From positions 1 through 13,036 of the forward strand of contig JAZDPL010000041.1 in assembly GCA_043797665.1 (NCBI GenBank): a stretch of DNA of 13,036 bases. The letters run 5' to 3'. The notes under the pieces were generated by a model, which ran no database searches, was not told the origin of the DNA, and worked only from the letters and a program-made list of their open reading frames with translations. This document shows positions 7,051-13,036 of the stretch, one piece after another. A program made the position numbers and the translations under genes. Numbering within the stretch: position 1 is the first letter of the stretch; each line of letters opens with the position of its first letter. This stretch comes from Candidatus Omnitrophota bacterium (lineage in GTDB: Bacteria; Ratteibacteria; UBA8468; MWAK01).

Positions 7051-9870
7051 TTACAACAGTTCCCCCTGGATAATTACAGTCACTTTAGCACGCACGCTGA
7101 GATTGTGTTCGGTGGCATCGGCGCTAAAAACGATCTGATTTTTTCCTGCCTCCAAAATTGGGATTTCACCCTCCGGTTTCACCGCGCGGATTAATTCACC
7201 GGTAGAAGCATAGAGTTTACAATCTGCGGGGGAATAAAACTCAAGATAGCAACCGGTTTCGATCTCTCCTGGAAATACAATTGTCTTATCCCCAACCGTA
7301 AGGCCGGGATTTTTTAGTTTTGCTCTTACCATCGGCAGGGCTTTGACCGCACTTAAATAACAGGTGACGGTTTTTCCCGGCGGAATGTTGTTATACCACA
7401 AGCTTAAAGATTCAATTTGGCTGTAGTCAATAAAGGGCACGTAAATATTGTAAGGCCGGTAAGAAGTGTATGGCCAGTTGTAACCGGCCGAAAGTTTTCC
7501 CGCCGGTTCGACCAGTTCGAAATAACGCCAGCCGGTAAAATCAACGACCACATAATGGTCAAGTATGGTATGCGTAATATATTCAGGATTTTTCAGCTGG
7601 AAATTGAGGACTTCTCCCTGGCCATCACCATACACCCAGATTCCGAGAGGTCGCTGGTAATAGTTAACGTCCACATGACTCTGGCTGATATCCTCAGGAT
7701 GCTGGTTAACCACATCCGATTTGAGGTTCAACGGCGGCGAAAATATTTTACCCGTTTTTGTCCAGGCGCCATCTTGGCTGGGGCCGTTATTAACAGCTGT
7801 ATAACGGCCGCTAACCGTTCCTGTTTTTACATAGGATACTGAGGATTGCAGGTCGGCGTTAATTCCTGGTGCGGTAACACGGTCGGAAAAGATGTCGGAT
7901 TCGGAAAAATCAGCTATAGTAATATTGTCCGGCGCATCATAATGCCCGGCTGACATTAAAGCTTCAAACCGCAGTTGGAGGTTTTGCCGGCTGAACCGGT
8001 TTGTGATTTGCCAGTTATTGCTCCAGCCGTTGATTCCCTCGACCTTATGTTCGGCATACTGAGCAGATTGTAATCGCCATTTTCCTGAAGAGTCTTTGGT
8101 TAAAGTAGACTCATGTCCGGATACCTTCACTTTTGTTTTGACCTCTTCGGAAAAGTATCTTTCGTGGCGCAGAGTTTCGTATTGCCGGATAATATCAGCC
8201 AGTTTTTTCATGGTTGGATTTTTTGACATGGTTTCCGGTTCAATTCCGGTCAGAGAGAAACCGGTATCGGTGGCCAGAGCTTTACCGCAAAGATATTCGA
8301 TGTCGTCAGCGTGTGTCAGTTCCATCCCATAATTTATATCTACCGGATCTAAATGAATTCCCCACCACCCCAAATGCCCCGGCAAGAACATGGATTGTTG
8401 TTCTTTTTCATTACTCAAAACGTGGGCATCGATGAATCTCTTGTAGCCTAAGTACGGGATGTCCCAGGCGCCGATACGGGAACGAACGACCCAGAGATGA
8501 TGATGAAAAGTGCTCATTTCCATAAGTGCCGGTTTTTTTAATTTTCCCCATAGTTCATAGACGAATTTTGATTCGTAGTGCCAGGCGTTTTTAACGCCGT
8601 CCACAATATCTCCACCATCCAGTGCATCCAGGTATATCATGTCAAACCCGCATTCGTTAAAAACTTCTGCTGTTTTGGATGCCACTTCCGTAAAAAGGGC
8701 AGAATTACCGTCAGGTACGAATAACCCGAAGAGCTCTTTAAGATGGTCCACTTTTGCGCCTTTAGCGTGGGGTGTTGCCTTTGTGCCAAGAGCACCCCGC
8801 TGGCAACCGATGAAAGCGTAGGGTGGTTTGCTAACAGAACCGCTGTAAATAATTAATTCATCCTCAATTTGAAGGGTTACGCTGTTGCGTACATTAAAAC
8901 CGGTGATAGTAGACATATCCGCTGTAGATTCAACTACCGGTATTTTGGCATCCTCTGAAGTCAGGGGTTCCGCCAAAGTAAATGTGGCGGATTTCCCTAA
9001 CCGCGGATCCGGAACAGGGGTAACCCAGGAAGACCGTTTATCTATGAAGAATGCGTATGTGTGCAGACCCACCAGAATACCCGCCGCATGGAGTTTGTCA
9101 ACCACTCTCTTGAGGCTGGTCAGACCGTTAGGATACCGTTCTGAATTTAAATGGAAGTCTCCATGTCGGAATGAAGATGCGCTCGCGGTGAAGTCCAGTT
9201 GGGTAAATCCAATATCTTGAGCCAGGCGAATCCATCCGTCCACCGTTTTTTCGTCAACCTTACCGGTGAGGATGTAAGAGCCTCTATTGATGGCCTCCTC
9301 CAGCGCCCAGGGCCCACCCAGAGGAGAATGGGGCAAATCTTCTGCCGCACTTACCACTTCTTTCATCACCTGGGGGAAGTCACTCTGAGGACATCCGATA
9401 ATGGCTACTTTGGCACCTGTAAAACCAAATCGCTGGTAACACCCAGCCCGCATATGGCTATTAAGGCCGGGCATTTCAGTCACGTTGGTCGTCAGATTGA
9501 GGGCCAAAGCACAACCGGCAAAAGGTTCTCCTGGTTTTCCCGCAAGCGTTAGATGCAGGTTGATGAAAACAAATTCATCAATCTTTTCATCACTGATGGA
9601 CAAGATTTCCATCGTGAAATAATGCTTCTCCGGAGTCACTTTTATGGTTGCGCTGATCTTTAATTCTTCAAACTGCAGGACCATCCCGCCCTCGGCAGAT
9701 GAGGCTGTCGAAGCCGGATATTCCCGGCCTGCTTTTGTCACATAGGCACACGACGCTGAAGGAATTTGGGCGCAGTAGTCTCTACCGGTTCCTTTGTCGA
9801 TGAAATGCAGGTTTCGAGCGTCGGAACCAATCACATACCTGACATTTGCATTTTCAAATTCAATTGCCAT
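7051..9870 (-). CDS. Large multidomain hypothetical protein, probable clan GH-D-like glycoside hydrolase with an inserted beta domain and a C-terminal CBM11-like module
   Basis: 939-aa ORF. NSERYPNGL..VDKLHAAGILVGLH parallels NERFPHG..LKEMGFNLGLW of the GH36 protein in this window. GFDMIYLD415 and RIGAWD470 are candidate catalytic Asps. LGIWVYGDG...VDFTGWRYFEL is CBM11/CIA30-like. No signal peptide is visible. The ATG lies 1 nt after the upstream stop codon. Confidence 0.6.
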   Translation of the reverse strand: MAIEFENANVRYVIGSDARNLHFIDKGTGRDYCAQIPSASCAYVTKAGREYPASTASSAEGGMVLQFEELKISATIKVTPEKHYFTMEILSISDEKIDEFVFINLHLTLAGKPGEPFAGCALALNLTTNVTEMPGLNSHMRAGCYQRFGFTGAKVAIIGCPQSDFPQVMKEVVSAAEDLPHSPLGGPWALEEAINRGSYILTGKVDEKTVDGWIRLAQDIGFTQLDFTASASSFRHGDFHLNSERYPNGLTSLKRVVDKLHAAGILVGLHTYAFFIDKRSSWVTPVPDPRLGKSATFTLAEPLTSEDAKIPVVESTADMSTITGFNVRNSVTLQIEDELIIYSGSVSKPPYAFIGCQRGALGTKATPHAKGAKVDHLKELFGLFVPDGNSALFTEVASKTAEVFNECGFDMIYLDALDGGDIVDGVKNAWHYESKFVYELWGKLKKPALMEMSTFHHHLWVVRSRIGAWDIPYLGYKRFIDAHVLSNEKEQQSMFLPGHLGWWGIHLDPVDINYGMELTHADDIEYLCGKALATDTGFSLTGIEPETMSKNPTMKKLADIIRQYETLRHERYFSEEVKTKVKVSGHESTLTKDSSGKWRLQSAQYAEHKVEGINGWSNNWQITNRFSRQNLQLRFEALMSAGHYDAPDNITIADFSESDIFSDRVTAPGINADLQSSVSYVKTGTVSGRYTAVNNGPSQDGAWTKTGKIFSPPLNLKSDVVNQHPEDISQSHVDVNYYQRPLGIWVYGDGQGEVLNFQLKNPEYITHTILDHYVVVDFTGWRYFELVEPAGKLSAGYNWPYTSYRPYNIYVPFIDYSQIESLSLWYNNIPPGKTVTCYLSAVKALPMVRAKLKNPGLTVGDKTIVFPGEIETGCYLEFYSPADCKLYASTGELIRAVKPEGEIPILEAGKNQIVFSADATEHNLSVRAKVTVIIQGELL

Positions 9871-9871
9871 A

Positions 9872-10450
9872 TTAATTTCCAGATACTTCTGTCAACTGGA
9901 TATTGTCAAACCAGGCAATTCCTCCGCTGCCAATGTTGTAGAGTTGTATACTCACATCGTCAACTTTAGGGTTAGTTTTGAACTTAAGTTCAAAATGTTC
10001 CCAGGTATTAAGCCCTTTTTCCGGATTTTTACCGCACCAGTGGTATGTCCACTCATCACAAGTTTTTTCTTTCGGTTTTTCCAGGAGGGCAACAGCTATG
10101 CAACCTTTGGCAGTGGTCCTTCTAATATCCGCCTTCACGATATACCCGGTTAATGGTTTAAGTTTCCCGCTCAAAACGCTTTCGTATCCTCCCGCAGCCA
10201 TAAAGAAAGGAGTGTCGGTTGTTGTACCGTCTAATTTCAACGAACATTCGCTGTCGGTAGAAATGGAATCATCCACAGAGTAAAGTTTCTGGGGAGCCGA
10301 GGGGTTTGTGCTCCAGTTACTCATACCCTTTTCAAAGCTTCCGTTGATAACGAGATTTGTTTCCGGAGTTTCCTGAGCCGAAGATGTAAAGCAGACCCCG
10401 CTCAACATAAATATTACTGTTACCCAGATTAGAATTTTCTTTCCCTTCAT
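9872..10450 (-). CDS. Secreted stand-alone carbohydrate-binding (CBM4/9-like, galactose-binding-like fold) protein
   Basis: Sec signal peptide (MKGKK, hydrophobic core, SSA|Q). Start motif NLVINGSFE..W, then LKPLTGYIVKADIR, WEHFELKF and end motif AWFDNIQL, typical of CBM4_9-like jelly-rolls. SD GAGGAG. Confidence 0.8.
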   Translation of the reverse strand: MKGKKILIWVTVIFMLSGVCFTSSAQETPETNLVINGSFEKGMSNWSTNPSAPQKLYSVDDSISTDSECSLKLDGTTTDTPFFMAAGGYESVLSGKLKPLTGYIVKADIRRTTAKGCIAVALLEKPKEKTCDEWTYHWCGKNPEKGLNTWEHFELKFKTNPKVDDVSIQLYNIGSGGIAWFDNIQLTEVSGN

Positions 10451-10453
10451 AAT

Positions 10454-10460
10454 CTCCTCT
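10454..10460 (-). promoter_or_regulatory. Shine-Dalgarno site of the CBM4/9-like gene
   Basis: AGAGGAG-ATT-ATG. Confidence 0.75.
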
Positions 10461-10506
10461 TCTTTAATTAAGAAAAATTCCTCCCTGGGGAAATTATTCA
10501 GGAACT

Positions 10507-11205
10507 TTATTTGTTACCCCAGTTTGGCGTATTCGGGTCGTATTCGCTTTTCGGCCAGGATAGGTCCTCTTGACTACTCCAGGTTACATGGCCGTCAACA
10601 TAGAGAACGTTGGAACCTCCCCTGTGCCAGGCGCCTGCGTTATAGGTGCCAAGGGGGGTGTACAGACCCGAGACGAGGTAAACAGAGGTGTCACCATCTG
10701 TGTTCTTGGAGTCTGCGCAGAGAATGATATTGGGATACCCGAGGACTTGGAAAGGCTTTTTCCCGCCGTTGTAGTTCCAGGAGAGGTACACGCCATTATA
10801 CCCATAGTCTGAAAGGGGGTACCAACCATTCCACCCTACAGCGTACGGTGTAGGGGCATCCGGATCTTTGTGCGGATTGGAAGGGCAGTCAAAAACGCGA
10901 GTGCTATAGCTTACATAGGAACCTAATATCCAGGTCCATTTCCAATACCAATTCCCACTGCTATTATCGAACACCCTGGGATACCAGCCCTCATTATCAT
11001 TTTCATACATCGCAAAAGCAAGCCCAATCTGTTTTAGGTTGCTCATGCACTGTGCCGACCTGGCCTTTTCCCTTGCCTGGCTGAGCGCCGGCAGCAGCAT
11101 CGCCGCCAGGAGAGCGATGATGGCAATGACGACTAAAAGCTCGATTAACGTGAAAGCCAAACTGTGTTTAATCCACACATATTTCCTTGTTTTTCTCCGT
11201 TTCAT
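10507..11205 (-). CDS. Prepilin-type N-terminal cleavage/methylation domain protein with H-X9-DG motif (DUF1559/SBP_bac_10-like)
   Basis: Basic leader followed by A17|[32 protein letters not shown] with Glu at +5, then [14 protein letters not shown] and H194[10 protein letters not shown]204-G205-HV. Strong SD AAGGAGG. Confidence 0.93.
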   Translation of the reverse strand: MKRRKTRKYVWIKHSLAFTLIELLVVIAIIALLAAMLLPALSQAREKARSAQCMSNLKQIGLAFAMYENDNEGWYPRVFDNSSGNWYWKWTWILGSYVSYSTRVFDCPSNPHKDPDAPTPYAVGWNGWYPLSDYGYNGVYLSWNYNGGKKPFQVLGYPNIILCADSKNTDGDTSVYLVSGLYTPLGTYNAGAWHRGGSNVLYVDGHVTWSSQEDLSWPKSEYDPNTPNWGNK

Positions 11206-11210
11206 TTTTT

Positions 11211-11217
11211 CCTCCTT
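11211..11217 (-). promoter_or_regulatory. Shine-Dalgarno site of the prepilin-like gene
   Basis: AAGGAGG 5 nt upstream of the ATG at 11205. Confidence 0.85.
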
Positions 11218-11237
11218 CTGCTACTATTTTGATTGTA

Positions 11238-13036
11238 CTAAAAACAGATATGCCAGTCAACAACATTATCACGGAAATTAATAGGATAAACCAGGAGACC
11301 ACCCGCCCCCTCCACCTTACCGGAATCCCTGACCTGGTATCCCTCTGGTACAAACACGAATAGTCTGCCCGTCTCTCCTTTCTGCCGGATTGCCCTGCCC
11401 TGGAGCATACGGGTTTGCACATCGTAACTCACACCGGACAGTTCCACGCCCCCCTGGGTAAAGTGCATGTCTGAGGAAAGCACTGCTGGATAATCAGGAA
11501 CCGCCTTTATCAACAGCAAACGTGTGGTAAGCGGTTGCAAATTCAATTTCAGCATCCCTTTCTTTTTGCCTATAAACTCCGCATCCCAGAATTCGAATAC
11601 CAGGTAATCTTTTTCCTCCTGAAGACCGAGAGAGCGGAAGTGAACTTCAATATCCATCGGTTCTGTGTTTAGATTAAAAAGTCCTACTATATTCCAACTC
11701 CCCCAATCGGTTTTGACCGGGAGGTGCCAGATGTGAGGGTAGGAATCAGGATAAGTATGTTCAAACAGGTCAATCGGCCGCGCAGCACTTCCATAAGGCG
11801 GGATACATTTGCCTAGTAACCGCCACTGCTCATCAGACAGCGCGGTCAGGTCGTCCCCGAGGAACACCTGCCCGCCGGAAAGAGCCACCAGGGACAGGCG
11901 GATTTTTGCTTCCTCTATGTCACCCGGTCCAGCCACCTCAACGACATCCGGATTAAGCATAATTAATCTCTTGTGGAGAAAATAACGGGAGATAACGGTG
12001 GTGGCGATTTCCCGAAAAGATCTCAGACCTTGCGTTTTGTTTTCATCTTGTTTTACTATGGAAAAACCGGTTCTTGCTATATCACAGGCGCTCATACTGG
12101 TGGGACTGGTACCGAATCCTAAGTTTACGGGGTTGGAACACCAGTAGATATAATCGTCTTTCAGGGTATCCGTTACCACCGCAAGGCCCTGGCGATAAAC
12201 TTGCGCACCTTTGATATATCTCTGATCATAAAATACCGTATCACCGTCATTGTCGGCTATCCCCCAGGTAAAATCTATCTTCCAGTATCTAACTCCGGCC
12301 CGCCTCAATGCGGTTAAAGTCCTGCGGATAAATTCCTGGGCGCCGGGATGAGTGGGGTCAAGATAGTAGATACGGTCGTGCGGCGGCCAATACCATCGGC
12401 AGGGCAGGGTTTTGGGATTTCCCTGCCGGTCCTTGACCATATATTCCGGATGCTCTTGGAATACAGAGGATGATTCCAGAACCGTAAATATCGCTACCCA
12501 CAAGCCCAGATTGAAGCCCATCTCCTTTAATCTGACAGCCAACCATTCTATGCCGTGAGGGAAACGTTCGTTTGTGTTGAGCCAGTTACCGCAAAGGTTG
12601 CCGGCCGTCCAGCCGTAATCAACCTGTATGTATGGGAATTTATACCCGGGAAATTTATCCCGTATTGCACCGGCGTTAGCCAGAGTGACCTTTTCACTTT
12701 GTCCCATGTCCCCGTAGGCATACCAGGAACACCAGCCCATGGGCGGATAATCGGGAAGGTTTACCTCCATCATGTCCGCGGATTTTTCAGCATATTCCTC
12801 CAGGCCGGTAAAAGGAGAAGAATAAATTCCCAGAAACAGTTTTTCCGAAGATATTCTTTCTCCCGGCTTAAGGCAATAACCGGCAAAGTTGCATCCGGCC
12901 CAGCCGTAAAGATGCCCGCTATCGCGATAAATCCAGGTCACATTACTGGAAGTCATCTTCCAGGTAAGAAAGCTTATCAGAAATGTCGCCTGGTTGTTCG
13001 GGTCGTAAATGGCACTAATACCACCGCTGCTGTTGT
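11238..13036 (-). CDS. Glycoside hydrolase family 36-like (alpha-galactosidase/melibiase-type, clan GH-D), 5'-truncated by the window edge
   Basis: Motifs PPMGWCSWY, IQVDYGW (DDGW-like), NERFPHG, GLW, YLDPTHPGAQ, YWKIDF (nucleophile-type Asp), NPDVV, and a C-terminal beta domain (GLFN, YLVFEFW, SDMHFTQG). The frame stays open upstream of the listed ATG at 12956 to the window end (NSSGGISAIYDPNNQATFLISFLTWK-M), so the true start probably lies outside the window. Confidence 0.85.
   Translation of the reverse strand, partial: NSSGGISAIYDPNNQATFLISFLTWKMTSSNVTWIYRDSGHLYGWAGCNFAGYCLKPGERISSEKLFLGIYSSPFTGLEEYAEKSADMMEVNLPDYPPMGWCSWYAYGDMGQSEKVTLANAGAIRDKFPGYKFPYIQVDYGWTAGNLCGNWLNTNERFPHGIEWLAVRLKEMGFNLGLWVAIFTVLESSSVFQEHPEYMVKDRQGNPKTLPCRWYWPPHDRIYYLDPTHPGAQEFIRRTLTALRRAGVRYWKIDFTWGIADNDGDTVFYDQRYIKGAQVYRQGLAVVTDTLKDDYIYWCSNPVNLGFGTSPTSMSACDIARTGFSIVKQDENKTQGLRSFREIATTVISRYFLHKRLIMLNPDVVEVAGPGDIEEAKIRLSLVALSGGQVFLGDDLTALSDEQWRLLGKCIPPYGSAARPIDLFEHTYPDSYPHIWHLPVKTDWGSWNIVGLFNLNTEPMDIEVHFRSLGLQEEKDYLVFEFWDAEFIGKKKGMLKLNLQPLTTRLLLIKAVPDYPAVLSSDMHFTQGGVELSGVSYDVQTRMLQGRAIRQKGETGRLFVFVPEGYQVRDSGKVEGAGGLLVYPINFRDNVVDWHICF

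Noticed and set aside
7051..9870. Prophage or tailocin interpretation based on phage-like modules
   Set aside because: The modules are embedded in a GH-like protein, and the window has no other phage genes, integrase or att-like repeats.
789..10459. Recurrent GAGGAGATTATG / GGGGGATTATG at starts 10450, 1919 and 791 as a regulatory repeat
   Set aside because: It is adequately explained as SD plus a short spacer plus ATG.
10507..11205. Calling this gene gspG or pilA of a T2SS/T4P operon
   Set aside because: It has the DUF1559-type CxxNLKQIG and H-X9-DG motifs, and there are no adjacent secretion or pilus assembly genes.
144..12546. All short plus-strand and alternative-frame ORFs in the track (60-163 aa)
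   Set aside because: They overlap long, motif-bearing minus-strand genes and show no recognisable protein features, so they are shadow ORFs.
12954..12956. ATG at 12956 as the start of the GH36-like gene
   Set aside because: The reading frame is open to the window edge, there is no clear SD, and the N-terminal beta domain appears incomplete.

Overview
The window holds a single tightly packed, minus-strand, operon-like cluster of nine protein-coding genes with intergenic gaps of 1-60 nt and a Shine-Dalgarno-like site before most genes. I found no RNA genes, mobile elements or CRISPR arrays. In transcription order the genes are: a GH36-like glycosidase (5' end outside the window); a prepilin-type N-terminal cleavage/methylation protein with an H-X9-DG motif (DUF1559-like); a secreted stand-alone CBM4/9-like protein; a 939-aa multidomain clan GH-D-like protein; a secreted GH123/DUF4091-like glycosidase; a secreted CBM9/DOMON-like protein; an unclassified GH-like TIM-barrel protein; a URO-D-superfamily protein that fits neither HemE nor canonical MtaA; and a small DD-motif barrel protein. 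It reads as a glycan-utilisation locus built around a pilin-like protein rather than a SusC/D or ABC system, which suggests a PVC-related or similar poorly characterised bacterium (inference). The most interesting points are the pilin-centred architecture, several probably unclassified glycosidases, altered GH36 active-site motifs, phage-tail-like modules inside the 939-aa protein, and the atypical URO-D metal site. All family calls come from motif recognition by eye; no database searches were run.
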